A model generated the notes under the pieces. It searched no databases, had not been told where the DNA came from, and was given only the letters and a program-made list of their open reading frames with translations. A stretch of DNA of 64,000 bases from Novakomyces olei (lineage: Eukaryota). The translations under genes and the position numbers were made by a program. Shown here one piece after another: positions 28,073-42,626 of the stretch; the first letter of the stretch is position 1; each line of letters opens with the position of its first letter. The stretch is taken from assembly GCA_016906335.1 (NCBI GenBank), contig JADEYG010000002.1:310001-374000 (forward strand). The letters run 5' to 3'.

Positions 28073-29376
28073 TCAATTAAGCTTTTGTTTTGGCCATAAT
28101 CATCAAAAATATGCCATGCTTGTAATAGGCTAGCAAAGTATTTTATCAGTTTTATTTTTGATATGTTTTATTATGACATTTGGGTTTGCTCAATGAATCA
28201 CAGGCGCGGCTATATTTCTTGAACAGCGACGTATAGCACATATTCTTCTGACTAGTATACTATAGTAGAATATTCAGATTAGATTATAGAGATCATTTAT
28301 ATTGCTATACAATTCACATCTACAGTACCGACTAGTTTGATTGTTCTTACCGAATTGGCCTTACTCTCTCGCGGAAAAACAACCTCCACACTTTTATTTT
28401 GATTGAAGCGAGGTTTTGACTATTCTCTAGATCTTTGCGTTGTTTTCATTGTTAGCGTGCGTCTATCAAGAAATAGTTATTACGATAAACGCGTTTTATT
28501 CTATCGAGATGTAAAGAAATTCGGCCACATATATCTACAAGTTTATTTTGGGTTTGCTCAACGAATTAACTAGTCCTCCCCACACGATCTTTTTCTTTTG
28601 AATATTAATATCATTTATGAGACATATTGAATAGGTAACAAAATCACAAGTCTCGATATCCCCTTTTCGCATCTAACAAATAAAACATACGTTTCGATCC
28701 GCTTGAGAGTGCATTATTATAAATACGAAAATGTCGCAAATACGGAGATACCTCCTCCCTCCGACAATGCCGGTAAATTAAATAAAACAGTCCGGAGATG
28801 CATCTTCCATCCGACGATATCTAAGACGATTGATGCGCTGCAAATCATTGGATCTTCTCTTTCCTCCATAAGTCTTGAAGAGGCTTAATCGCAAAGATTT
28901 GCTTGTCTTAGAATGCTCCCGAAAGGAAATAAGAAAAATTTACGGATACTTGGCGTCCATCCGAACGATTTCCAGCGGGAACGTACTAGTCACAGATATA
29001 TTGTGACCTGACTTGATTATTGAAACCCTTGTCAATCGAGAGAAAACCGAGAGCAAAAGCTCCTCCGCAAACCGTGTGCTTTGAAAGATCACAGACCCGA
29101 CCAAGGCAACAACAAAACTTTCCAATAAACAGATAAAAGTAGGAGGCAATGAGAAACATGAATATTACTGGCGTCAATACCAGCGAAATCGAAGAGACCA
29201 AACCTCTTTACTGCACCCAATACTACATAAACACTTGAATGTGCTGATTTTTATCATCGGATATCGCAAAAACAAAGCCTGCATCGCCCAAAAAAAAATT
29301 TACAATAAATTAAACAGATAAAATAGAAAAAAAAATCGATAAGGAAACCAAGCTTCAATTGCAAAAGAGAAAAATA

Positions 29377-31513
29377 CTATGAACTTCTCGTTATTGCCCG
29401 TAAAAGATCGCGATCTTCGACTGAAGGGGTATCGACACTTTGAGCAGTATTCGATATATCCTTACTTTCCAGAGCTGCAAGACCAGAAGCAATTTTAGCT
29501 AATAACTTGCTTGCCAGGTCATCGGAAACTTGTGCGAAAGACTCTAAAGAATGCAATTCTTGATGCAGACGATCAACTTGAAACTCGACTTCTCTTACGG
29601 CAGGTAAAACAGACTGTGATCCATTAACAGATGCAGAAAGACGGGCAATCTCAACACTGCTTTCCTGGCTATCGGCGGAGGCTTTAGCGCTAGTACTGAC
29701 TGCTTTGGAGTCGTCTGCGGATCTTGACGCTTGTTCATTACTGTGACGAAGAAGAGATTCCCAAGACGCTTCCTCTTTGCGGAGTCTAGTAAAAGTAAGT
29801 ACTGGAAGGGAAACGATGCGAAAAGAAAACAGAAATAAAACAAACGCTCATATCAAGACTCAAAGGTTGGTTCGTTAGTTGGAAATCGCGAAAATGAAAG
29901 ATTATAAATTGAGGATAAAACACAATTCAGTAAAAAAGCTAAAATAAAGGGGGGAACAGTAGAAAGAAGTTGGTAAATCGAATTTAAAGCTTTGCAACAT
30001 ACTTGTTCAATACTTCCGTGCATTCCTGTAATTTCGCTAAATTCGCCAGATTTTGAGGGTGCTTTCTTTTTCCAACAGTGTCAGAACTTATTTCTGACCT
30101 CGAATACCATGATAGTGGTACAGCATTCTCGACAATGTCCTTGAGTACATCGTCCTCAACTACTCGAGCTACCCGAATATTAGCATCAGCGATCCCGACC
30201 AAATTGAGCTAAAAGTCTTTAAATAGCGAGAAAGAAAGAAAGCAAGGGACAATTATTCGGGAATATCGAGAATTAATCAAAACAATGTAACAAAAAAGAA
30301 ATTGAAGTTATATTCGAACAAAAAATGAAGAAATAAAATAAAATATAGACGCTTCTTGTATTCCCGGCAAATATATATTGGCTCCTTTCCCTGAAAAAGC
30401 AACGACTATTTCTCACCTATAGCGGCTACACTTCTGTCCCCCCGCTTGTTTTTTAATTTCTGAGCTTCCATTGCACGCCGGGCTGTCCAAGTTAAAAGCT
30501 GTTTCATGCGTACAGGCTCAGGAAGATCTGAGGATATGTGTCTGTAATACTCCTCCACGGCCAAGTCCGGATGAGGAATTGCTTTGATATTAGTTATACT
30601 GAAAAACAATACAGAGAAAGAAGAAAAAAGAAAGAGAATTCTGAAGATCAAGTACAGAATATAGAATATAAAGCAAGGAGATGAACTGAATGTTTAATAA
30701 TTATCCAAGCAAACTTCTTGAAAATTTTACTATAGAACGTACCTTGAAACTGATTGCCCATAGAACTAGCTCGTTTCCCACGTAAAGACAAGCTAGATCT
30801 CCGGCCGCTCTTGCGTAAATTTTTATTCCGATGAATAATAGGGGTATCTGTTAAAGGAAGCACAACAACGCTGTCTGTGGCCACTGGCTTAGTGGTAGCA
30901 AGATCCTCTTGCCTCGTATCCACATTGACATCGGGCCGAGAAGTCTTTGCTTGCTTTCGCTGGGAATTTCTCTTTGCAACAGGTTCCGGACTCCGTGGTG
31001 GAGTCCGCGCCCGCGCCGACTCTGCCGCACGATCTTTCTCGCTCTTTGACGTTCCAGCACGAACAAATTTGAAACCGTGATCTTCTTGCTCTATTTATGT
31101 TTAGTCATAGGAAAAAATAACACATTTTGAATTTATAGAAACTAAATTTCATCGGCATCGAATTGAGCTCAAAATGATGTCAATATATTAAAATTCAAAA
31201 CAAGACATTGAAAGCAAAAAGAAGTATTAAAACCACTGCTCATACTTTGCCGCTTCCGTTTCTTCTGTCACAGGTCAGTACATATAATGGTGGTACTAGA
31301 AAAAAGGCACAAACTTACGGTATTATTTACATTTGATTCTTTTTTCCGTGATTCTTCGCTCTCACGTTTTTCCGTATTATTAGTGGTGGATTCTCGCTGC
31401 TGTCGCCGTTTGACTTCAGCGCCATTGTGCCCATGATCGTCTTGCATTGTCGACGAAGTTATTGCGGCGGCAGCAGAGGCGGCCGATTGGCGCTCGGACC
31501 GCCGCAAAGCCAT
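29377..31513 (-). CDS. DSN1: Kinetochore Mis12/MIND complex subunit Dsn1/Mis13, multi-exon
   Basis: DTPIIHRNKNLR, RRSSLSLRGKRASS, PHPD..EYYRHISSDLPEPVRMKQLLTW, LSWYSR, KHPQN..N, C-terminal DLLRAITRSS. Confidence 0.9.
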
Positions 31514-31893
31514 CGTCGCCCCCCAAACCAAAGACAATTAAATGAAAAACGAAAAAGATGCGGATATTCGCAAGTGATTTTATAAAAAATCAAGCTGGTA
31601 AGAGACCGGAATTCCGTGTATTGCTATCTACCGCGACCGGCAAACAAAAAGAGGCAGGCTCGGGATGCGTAATATACGTGTCTTTAACCGGAGCAAAAGA
31701 CAATGATACAGTAGAGCTTGGCGCCAATCGGTTTAACAAGTTTTAAGATAATATTGCAAAGGTCCACTGTTCTTTGCAATAGAATCCCAAACGTAGTCAA
31801 TGCGTAGAAAGACGCGACGCCGGTATTGTTTATACTATGCAGTGACAACAGCAAATAATAACAAACAAATAACTAATAATAACAACAATGACA

Positions 31894-31998
<105 letters not shown>

Positions 31999-32025
31999 CT
32001 AGTATAAAGCCCCGACGGCTCTTAA

Positions 32026-32926
<901 letters not shown>

Positions 32927-34114
32927 TCAAAGCGCTTTTACCATGCATCAAGACAACTACAAAATGCATATATATTTCCACATGCACGCCTTTACAATAT
33001 CGTCCTTTTTCCCTGTAATATTCACGAGACAGCATACAACTTTAATACACGACTGGATCATAATGCTCTGTACAGCAGCGAAAAAGACATACTTTTTTAT
33101 AGATTCAAAACCAAACGATACAGTGAGTGGGTTTTGTGTAGCACCTGCTAATACACACGTTTCGAGTGTGGGATCCACATAATACGACGCTATTTCTGCC
33201 GTGCAATATAGACACGGGCCCTATTAAAATTTGCTTAAAACTGCCTACATCTATTCCAGTGGCTTTATTATATATCAGATACTGCTATATATATTTATTC
33301 TGGCATATTTACTCCTTGTACACAATTTACTCTATATTGAAACGTATACTATATGCGCTTAATATGCTCGCAGGCAGAGAAAAAGTTCCGATATTTATAG
33401 ACATATGCACATGCTGGATATATGCGGGTCAGGCATGCCCGCGTGACAGATCATGCTTACCGACTCAACGCGGCCTGCGAAATTTCCAAATTGGACTCGA
33501 GGCATTTAGGTTTAACTGCTCAAAGGTCCTCCATAAACTGGGAACTGCGTCTTTTAAACCATCGCCTTCTTTGAATTTCGCTATCGGGTTTCCTTTTGCC
33601 GCAGATTGTTTGGGTTTGCAGTGTTCCTGCTTTGCTTACCTCGAACTAGAGCAATTGCCCTGGAACTATTCATCCAAGACCTTGATAGAGTTCTATTTAA
33701 ACCTGTTGAGCTTGAGAACGTGTCTGATCATTGATGTCGAGCTAATTAGACTGCAAATTCCTACTGACGGTGCACATTCAACCGATCTGTGACTGGCAGA
33801 CTTCGAGTCTAAGCTTACGGATCTAAGCTTACTCTGCAGATTGTTTACCTGTGGATACTGTGGATAATTATTCTTGTGATATTACTTTCTATTGAATTTC
33901 TGCTGGTTTGCTACCATTGTTTGATATTGTCTTGCTGCTCTGAACGTGTATTGTACTCTACTTGCTAGTATTCTCTTATCGTTTGGTTTTTTAGGGATCA
34001 GAAACAAAAGGAAAAAGCCTTCTGATCCATTCACACTTCTTTTCTGTTTTTCTCTCGCTCTCTCAGTTCCCAAGACAGGTTCGTCCGGCTCTATAACCGC
34101 TTGCGAGATAAGGC

Positions 34115-36012
34115 ATGGCACCTAATTCAAAGTCGGCTGAAAATCATACACGTCTCCCCAGTGCGAATGGCACAGCAATGGCCCTTAAAACAAGGGCCAT
34201 GCGTGCACTCAGTCTTTCAAATACTGCTGGCCGTCGTCATTACCGGAAATCAAACTCGACCCGTCCAGACCGGTTTATTCCCTCTGGAACACACAGCTTC
34301 TCCTTTAAACTCGACCGGAATAGATCAGTTAGTTCGTCGCGTGTGTGCAATTTTCCCGTCAGTTCAGAATCAAGACTACGTCATGTTTCTTGTCCTTCCC
34401 TCCAAGCACAATCGTCATCATCGATACAGCCTCTTCTGGCAGATGCTCTCGGTATTCATGATGATGATCGAATTATCGTTTTCCAACGGGAAAAACGTGA
34501 ATGTCAACGCTTTGGGACAAGTTCAAGCATTAGTGCTAGTCCGACACTTAGCACTAGCAGCATCTCGTCCTCTCCACTTAGTATTTCGAGCAATAGTGTG
34601 AGGCCGTCAGCCACGATTTCGCGTTCCATAGTGGCCTCACCGGCCCCAACGCTGCTGCCGAACCGTGTACTTGATGCTCCCGGCTTACGTAACGACTTTT
34701 ACGCGTCTCTGGTGGCCTGGAACGTGTTGGGATATATGGCAGTTGCTTTGGGCACTAATCTGTACACTTGGTGGCCGGACAGGGGCACTAGACCCATCTT
34801 TTCAGCGGCCCCCCGTCTTGTCTGCAGCCTTGCTTTCTCTGGCGATGGTTTCGTTCTGGCCATTGGCCTCTCAAACGGCCAAGTTGTTCTCTACGACTGT
34901 ATATCACAACGGCCTCGTGTAAGCATTTCTCATGCTGGCGAAGTCGGTGTCTTAGCCTGGCAGCCTTTACAGCAAAGGCACAAGGGTAATTCTCATGCAG
35001 GTGGAAAGGATCTGCATGGAGTTAAAGAGTATTGTTTGCTAGTTGGTGAAGGCCGAGGGCAGGTTGACGTTTACCAATTAAGCTGGGCAACTGAGGTAGA
35101 TGCAACTTCAAACGGACGTGCAGGTGCTTCAGTGCTCTCGGTGAATAGGCTAAATGAGCATTCAGAGCAGGTCTGTGGTCTGGCTTGGAACGAAGAAGGT
35201 ACAATGTTTGCCACTGGTGGTAATGACAATCGGGCTCTTTTGTACGATAGAAGGGTTGTCTCGACAGAGCCAAGATTGTTACACGAGTGGACGCACATGG
35301 CCGCTGTTAAAGCAATGGCTTTCTGCCCATGGCAGCCGGACATAATTGCTACAGGTGAGATTTATAATAGATCTGTTCCGCGTTGAAACATTTTTATATG
35401 TAAATTGAAATATTTGTAATTAATTAATTAATTTATTTATCTATTTATTTATTTATTACCTGCTTAATTAATTTTTGTCTTTATTTTAATCTTGTATCTT
35501 GTACGTACACTTCTAACTTTGCAGGCGCCGGCACAAAAGATCAGAATGTCCGTATCTTTCATTGCATTACTGGCACTCTACTCTACCAATTTAATAGCGG
35601 CGCTCAGATCACGAGCGTTCTATGGTCGCTCCAGTATAAGGAACTGCTAGTAGCGTTTGGTTTCGGCAGTACTCGCAACAGATCTCGGCTTTCTGTATAC
35701 TCATATCCAGGATTCCGTCGTGTTATTGATGTTCCTGCATCATATGACGAACAGCGGACGACACTGGTTGTGCGTACAGGAGCCGTTCGTGACTCTTCTT
35801 CTTCTTCCTCGTCTTCGAATTCCTTTTTTGGTGACGATAGTGTCGTTATTGCCAGCTCAGATGAAACATTATGTTTTTTTAAGGTTTGGGGCCGCGATCA
35901 ATGGGTACCGAATAGGGGTAACAGAATAATTCGCTGGCACGGAGCTCTGGGCAGCGATATTATGGAGATGTTGGAAGGAATTGAAAAAGGGACTGATGGG
36001 TTTCTTCGATAA
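34115..36012 (+). CDS. Cdc20/Fizzy-family APC/C activator, Ama1-like, 2 exons (intron 35355-35524)
   Basis: C-box PDRFIP; RVLDAPGLRNDFY..LVAW; H.EQVCGL.W, ATGGNDN, H.AAVKAMAFCPW, ASSDETL.FF.VW; C-terminal LR. Confidence 0.88.
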
Positions 36013-36552
36013 ATCATCCGGCCTTTGAGTTTGCACTAGTCTTAAAAGCATTTTTCCATTTATTTTAGACCTGATTTCGTTTGTTATTATTTGAGATGTC
36101 TATTATGAATCGGAAGGCTGTTAATTGAATCAGTAGTTTCATTCATATATCTTTTTTAATTTGACGTTTATCTTATATGTTTATTCTTATCTCATTTGAG
36201 TTGGACGTGTGTCCTGCCTGGTTTGATGCACTCAAAGATGCTTTGATTAAAATTACTTTGAATCGACTGCAAAGCAATTATACAAGCCTTGCTACCATCA
36301 GCTGTCTAATATTTCGCCTCCGCTCGCATCCAAAATACTTGTTGCATTCAGAGAACTGATTACTTCCTGGTTTTTGCTTGTGGGTCTCTTTCTGCTCAAA
36401 AGTTCTGCTCACTTTTCCTTGTCAGTGCAAACATTTCGCACAATTTCATTCATTACACGATCGCATTAATCCCCAAATTCCAAGGAATACTAACAATAGG
36501 AACGGCGCACTATAAACATTCTGCATAAATATTAGGCCCTTATAAAAATGCC

Positions 36553-38310
36553 TTAAATATGGCCAGCTGGCTCTGCATGGCTAAAGGGATCAGTTTAGCG
36601 TAGAAAAAAGTGTTGCTTACCTGTAATCCAAGTGTACGAATGCTCGTTCGATAGAAGGATCTTCCATCGATTCTATGGCTAATTGCAAAGACTCTCCAAG
36701 ATCATGGCTGTCTCTAAGGGATATAGACTCGTCTAGCACAACATCGACTTCGCATCTATCAAAGTCAGCAAACTAAATCAAGAAAAATTCAATATGGTAA
36801 AGAGAAGAAAAGCATCTCAATCATAAAATTGAAGAAACGAATTCGAGGCTCGGGTCTGGAAATAAAGCTCTCACATACATCATACTGTCACCTGCATGGT
36901 AAACATGCACGGCTTTAACGTGCCGTATCAAATCGGAGAATCGATATGCCATGTATATGATTTGCTTTTGAATCTCGGGTGACGCCGAGGCTCCGCTCAA
37001 ACGTCTCATATGATCAATTACCCTACACAATGCTAAGTATTTGCCACGCAATTGTCATGAAACTTACGTATGAAGCCATTCAAAGCAAATATAGCAGCTA
37101 ATTAGCAAAGCGCCCAATGCATCCATCCACCAGAGACGAAAATAGCTCCCAACAACAGGAAAGATCAAGGACATTGTGTTGAAAGAAACGTCCTGTGTTT
37201 GAATATCAGCAAAAACATGCTACGGTCCACGAATAAGAAAGTAATAAAATAAATAAATAAATAAATAAATTTATTGAGCCACTCACGTTCATGGCATCCT
37301 GTGCTAGTGCAGCTACTGCAGTAGAATCCGTGATGGTTCGACACCATAGCCAACAAGCGAACTTGATAACGACAGTGGCAATCAAGGTAACAAGTGCCCA
37401 AAACTCGATATGCACGATTTCATGACTCTTTGATCCTAACAAGCGGTAAATTGCCTCTAACCCGACCTGGCAAAACGAGACGATCATTATAGTGCCAAAG
37501 AAAGTCACACCAAGCGGTTCAAAGCGTCGACGTGAGCGAGCAACCGGGTCTGGGATTAGCATCTTTTATTGAAAAGAAGAATAAGACGTACATTCGTAGC
37601 GATCTCTCCAATCATAAGTGCCCGACCACCGTGTGGACAAGTAGATTATTACGGTAGAGAGAAAATCAAGAACGCTATCGACGAGGGAAGCGAGCACCGA
37701 CACGGACGAGGAGAATAGAGCGACAACCAATTTTGCTGCCAGTAAAAGGCTAATGGTTAGAATCGCTTGTTAACGAGCAACTTTTATACCAATTGCAAAA
37801 AAAATTGACATAAATTGCGAGCTGAACAGTGCGCCGCTTTGCTCGATGCAAACTATTGCCGTCTCCCAGCAAGGGCTGTGCCTCTTGATCCTCAGCATCA
37901 GCCCCGTTTGGCTGGTCTGATCTATTATGATACGAGTGCACAATTGAGAAAGGCAGTGGTCCATCCAGCAGAGTATCAACGGCTTCAAATTTATCGATTT
38001 GATCGTTCTTTACGTCAGCGATATACGCAACAATGTATGGCATGCAAAAGGCAAGTGTTACCTGGGCAGTATAAAAGCTGCGAAGTTTACGCGACATGTG
38101 TTTCATACTAGACGGAGCGATTCGGTAACTTTCCCAGTTTATAAGGGGCTTTGAGTTTGTGATCAGACGCTGACTCCGCTCAAACTTGTTCAAGTTTGTA
38201 AGCCGCGACGTAGGCCGTTTCCCACCGTGACTTGGAAAAGTTCGGATCATTGACGGGTGAGTTTGAAACACGATAGGCAGATCGTCGATACTGTCCTGCT
38301 CCGCAGCCAT
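36553..38310 (-). CDS. Cation diffusion facilitator, Mn-CDF (MTP8-11-like) type, about 8 exons
   Basis: LRSFY..QN..ID, SVLASLVDSVLDFLST, RFEPLG, LAQDAMND, SHDLGESLQ..IE..IERAFVHLDY; all-Asp metal site typical of Mn-CDFs. Confidence 0.9.
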
Positions 38311-39113
38311 GGCGGTACACGTGTATTAGCAGGTGTTTGCTGGCATCACTATTCCTGTTGGAGAGTTGGGCTTTTATCTGATCCTGGTTATTCTGGTTTT
38401 CTGATTTTATTTCTGATTTGATTGATGCTTATGATGTATTTGGTAAATCGTGAAAGCAGACACTATATATATATTTCTTTTTATTGTATTTAAATATTTA
38501 TTATTTATTAAATTTTCTCTATAAATAATTTATTAATTTATTATTAATTTAATTTATTAATTTAATTTATTAATAAAAACTGTATAATATGTACAATGTG
38601 TCGAATATTCGAAATAATATGAGAATTACCAGTACGTTTAGTATGAGACTAGATAGAAAACTACACGTGCAGGGCACCCAGATATAGATTAAATTTAGAT
38701 CAGGATTAGATCAGGATTAGATTCAGACTCGTAAACCATACTGTACTGCGCATAGTACAATGTGCAGTGTAATTGAAATAAATTAAATTGCTACGTGCAA
38801 ATACCTCGTAATGGTTGGGACTAGTAATCGTTCCTTCACTATAAAAATATAGCTATAATTATTAGCAGCGATTAAATAATGTGCACTTGTGGATCCGAGT
38901 GTCGAGCAAGACTGAGTTTGGGAACGGTATACTTGTTGGCGGCTGTATCGCGGCTGTAGCCGCGTAACAGTGGAGACGTGTAATTGGCCTCGCGTGTTCC
39001 GGCGCGAGCCGCTGAGTATTACGTCAGACGTGTCCAGGCACATTGTGTGCAGGCGCGTCTGTGTCTTTGCATTTTCACGGATCAGTCACTTTTGACTCTG
39101 GCCAAGTTTTGCA

Positions 39114-39662
39114 ATGGAATCGAAAAGGTACGCAGCTCTGCTCGGTGGGAGTCCATTGAACAGTGAAGAATACCAATTTTCATCGGGCAAGAACGGCCAT
39201 ATTGAGTACGACTCTGTCCTGCCTCCGTGTGACCGTACTGTCGGCGGGAAACATCGGCACTCTGTCAGTACTTCTGCCATTGAGCCAGTGCTAGTCACGT
39301 CACAGCACACGAGGACGAATAGCAGCAGCGGCAGTACTGACTACCTGACTCCGCCAGGCAGGTTTGCGTCTCCCGTACGTCGCCATGCTGCAATTGAAGG
39401 CACAAGTGCTGGTGGCACTAGTCTAGGTCACGCCTACTCGGCCAGCTTGACCACGGATCCTCGGAGCATAATTCCCGAGGAGCCCTTTTTACACTTGGAC
39501 AGCAAGCCTGGCTTGGTCGATGACTTTACTGCTTCATCGCTGGACGACGAGGCTTGCTACCGGACGAGACGGCATCGCCAGGCAAGCGATTGGCGAATGG
39601 AGAGGCGGCAGAGAGCAGTTGCCTGCCTTGCACTGGCGTGTGAGCGGCGACGTCGGGCTTAG
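39114..39662 (+). CDS. Intronless hypothetical Ser/Thr-rich protein (182 aa)
   Basis: GC-rich ORF flanked by AT-rich DNA; no recognisable domain. Confidence 0.55.
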   Translation: MESKRYAALLGGSPLNSEEYQFSSGKNGHIEYDSVLPPCDRTVGGKHRHSVSTSAIEPVLVTSQHTRTNSSSGSTDYLTPPGRFASPVRRHAAIEGTSAGGTSLGHAYSASLTTDPRSIIPEEPFLHLDSKPGLVDDFTASSLDDEACYRTRRHRQASDWRMERRQRAVACLALACERRRRA

Positions 39663-40508
39663 TAGGGCTTTGCAGGGTCTCTTGTATATACGGCATTAGA
39701 GCAGAGACGAGTTGCAAAGACTGAGAGTGTGGAGCAGGTGCATAATATTCTGAAATCATATAGGTTGGATGCTTTGCGATTGATATAGACTTTGATTTTT
39801 GATTTTGATTTTCAATTTTTTATTTTTATTTTTAATTTTCAACTTTCAACTTTCAACTTTCAATTTTTTTGTGGTCTCCTAGTATTAGAATGTAGGATGC
39901 AGTACATGAACAGAATGCAAGTCATAATGAAATCCAAGACTAGTCTGATATGACGAAATACTGCGACTAGAGTAATGTGACGTGTTTGCGAACGGCGGAG
40001 GCTTTAGTGTCCGGTTTCACGTGATTCTCTTCATATAAAACTAGTGTTGTACATTGAGCCGCCTGGCACTCAAAATATACGGTCGCGGTATACATTATAT
40101 TCCAAAGTAGAGTTATAAACCGGGGTTGAGCTACCGCGTTTCCGGATAGTGTCATCCACGATTTACTTGGTATTGTAATTGTATCTTGAGCGTGTCTGAT
40201 TGGCTGCGCACACCGTCGAGTAGTGCTTGTGAAACATAGGGAGCACATCAGATTTAACGCGTTTATTACCCGCAATTCACTGGTGGATTAAGCGGTAAGT
40301 AATAAAGCAAGTTTCTCGATAGGTCAGACACTTTAATTTTCTTAATTTTCTGAGGATCAGAGATACAAAGTGCGGTTACGCCGACGGCGACATACAGTGT
40401 TCGGGGCAAACTCACACTTGAACACAAAAGGTGGCCTTCAAACTGTGGACTTTGGGTTCACGCGCTACCGTTACTTGTTTACATCTGAACGCCATTATTG
40501 TGTGGCCA

Positions 40509-40635
40509 TGAACGCTGTTTTACGTTGAGCGCTAATAGATTGAACACTTTTAATTGAGCGCTGAATAGATTGAACACTTTTAATTGAGCACTGTTTAATT
40601 AAGCACTGTTTAATTGAGCACTGTTTAATTGAGCA
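40509..40635. repeat. Minisatellite, about 15-bp unit TTGAGCACTGTTTAA, 8-9 degenerate copies
   Basis: Units begin near 40509, 40525, 40540, 40554, 40570, 40584, 40599, 40614, 40629. Confidence 0.9.
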
Positions 40636-41428
40636 TTTGCAAGCGAGGTTTATTCAGCTTTCTGCAACAAAACCAAAGAAAATCTGAAACTGATCTCGAG
40701 GTTTGCAATTCAAAGGCCGTTTGTTGATAGTCTGGACGTTTTGGTTTAGTGTATTGTTTCGCTGAAACACCATTTGTCCTCGATTCGGTTCGATTCAACA
40801 TCGTTTCTCGGCTGTACTTTTTATCTCATCTAGATTTCTTCGCCGTGTCTGACTCTTCTCCTTTGCTCCAGGTTCTCCTTTGTCTGAGCTTCAGGCGTTC
40901 AGTCGCAGACTGCTGGATAGCGCTTCCAAAGCTGATAAGGCAGTTCAAAAGTTTTTTCTTTCGAGTCTTCTTTTAGACTCTTGGACCGATACCGCGGGAT
41001 TCGTACCTGCACTTGTACTTTGTTTTCTTTGTTACTATTGCTTTATTCAATTTTGGTTATTTTTATCTGTACTATTACCGATTTTTTGGTCTGGGTGGAG
41101 TTATTCGGCTCAGTCGCTGTTTTTCAAGAGGGGAATTATTGCGTTCGCTTGGCGGAGACTCAGAGGCTTTGTGCAGTGCATATAGAACCTTGTGAGGTAT
41201 CGGCACTCAAATCATAAATTATTGAAAAGGTCGCAATTCAAAAGTTCATTAATGATATCATTAAAAGGTTGTTCAGCGCCTAGTTTCAGATTGAGATATT
41301 CGGCGAGTAACTGATACCATTCAGCGTGGTCTTTTAATTTTTTTAGTTTTTCTATTGGTGCGTATTGAAAGGAACTGTGATATATACTTTCCATTCAAGA
41401 CCGGTGTTTCTGGCTCGACTACTTACAA

Positions 41429-42626
41429 ATGGGTTGCGGTCAAAGTAAGGCATACGATGATGGTCAGAGCCGCAGCACCAATATCGATAATCAGCTCATG
41501 AAAGAACGGCGTAAAAAGCAAGGCGAGATTAAAATGCTCCTCCTAGGTATGGCATGATTTATAATTTATTATATTTGGTTTTTATTATTATAATTTTTAT
41601 TATTTGCTTCTCTCATTTGGCCTTATACTCACATTAAAGGTGCTGGCGAATCCGGAAAGTCTACACTCGTCAAGCAAATGCGGTTAATTCACGAAGGCAG
41701 TTTTCCCGTAGAGGAACGCGAGTCGTACAAGGACGTAATATTCGCAAATACTGTGCAGTCTATGCGAGTAATTTTGGAGGCTATGGAAGCAATGGAAATT
41801 TCATTAGCCAAACCGGAGAACGAGTATCATGTGCAAACAATTTTTATGCAACCTTTACATATTGAAGGAGATCAATTACCTTCTGACGTTACTGAAGCAA
41901 TTAGGCGCTTATGGCAGGATACAGGTGTCCAGCAGGCCTTTGCCAGATCACGAGAGTTTCAATTGAACGATTCTGCTGGCTATTACTTCAATGCTATAGA
42001 CCGACTTGGAGCAGCAAATTATGTCCCCTCAGATCAGGACGTTGTACGGTCTCGGGTAAAGACTACGGGCATAACGGAAACAGTTTTCCGTATGGGCGGC
42101 CTTACTTATCGAATGGTGGATGTTGGAGGGCAAAGGAGCGAACGGAAAAAATGGATTCATTGTTTTGAAAATGTCTCAGTTATTCTATTCATGGCTGCAG
42201 CCTCCGAATATGATCAGCTCATGTACGAAGATGATTCGGTGAACCGAATGCAGGAAGCGCTGACCCTATTTGACTCTATTTGCAATTCCCGTTGGTTCAC
42301 TAATACTGGAATTATTCTTTTTTTGAACAAGATTGATATCCTGAAGGATAAATTGGCAATTTCAAATATGAAAGACTATTTCAATAATTATGAAGGAGGC
42401 ACTGATTTTGACGCGGCTTGTCAATATATTTTAAATCGGTTTGTTTCGCTAAATCACAACAGCGACAAACGAATTTATACCCATTTTACATGCGCCACCG
42501 ATACGAGCCAGATCCGGTTTGTCATGTCTGCGTAAGTTTCTTTTTATTTATTCTAGTCTTGCTGACTTTTCTAGTGTAAACGATATTATTCTGAACAATA
42601 ATATTGCTACCAGCGGAGTTGTCTAA
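41429..42626 (+). CDS. Heterotrimeric G-protein alpha subunit, group I (FadA/GNA-1-like), 3 exons
   Basis: MGCGQS lipidation motif; KMLLLGAGESGKST, RSRVKTTGI, DVGGQRSERKKW, FLNKID, TCATDT. Confidence 0.96.

Noticed and set aside
28940-29201. Short hydrophobic ORFs downstream of DSN1
   Set aside because: T-rich UTR-like composition explains the hydrophobicity; no motif or splice support.
33166-33792. 208-aa ORF between DPM1 and the APC activator
   Set aside because: GTG start, no motif or coding-like composition; probably promoter DNA.
40509-40635. CRISPR-like array
   Set aside because: Contiguous tandem units with no unique spacers, no cas genes, eukaryotic context.
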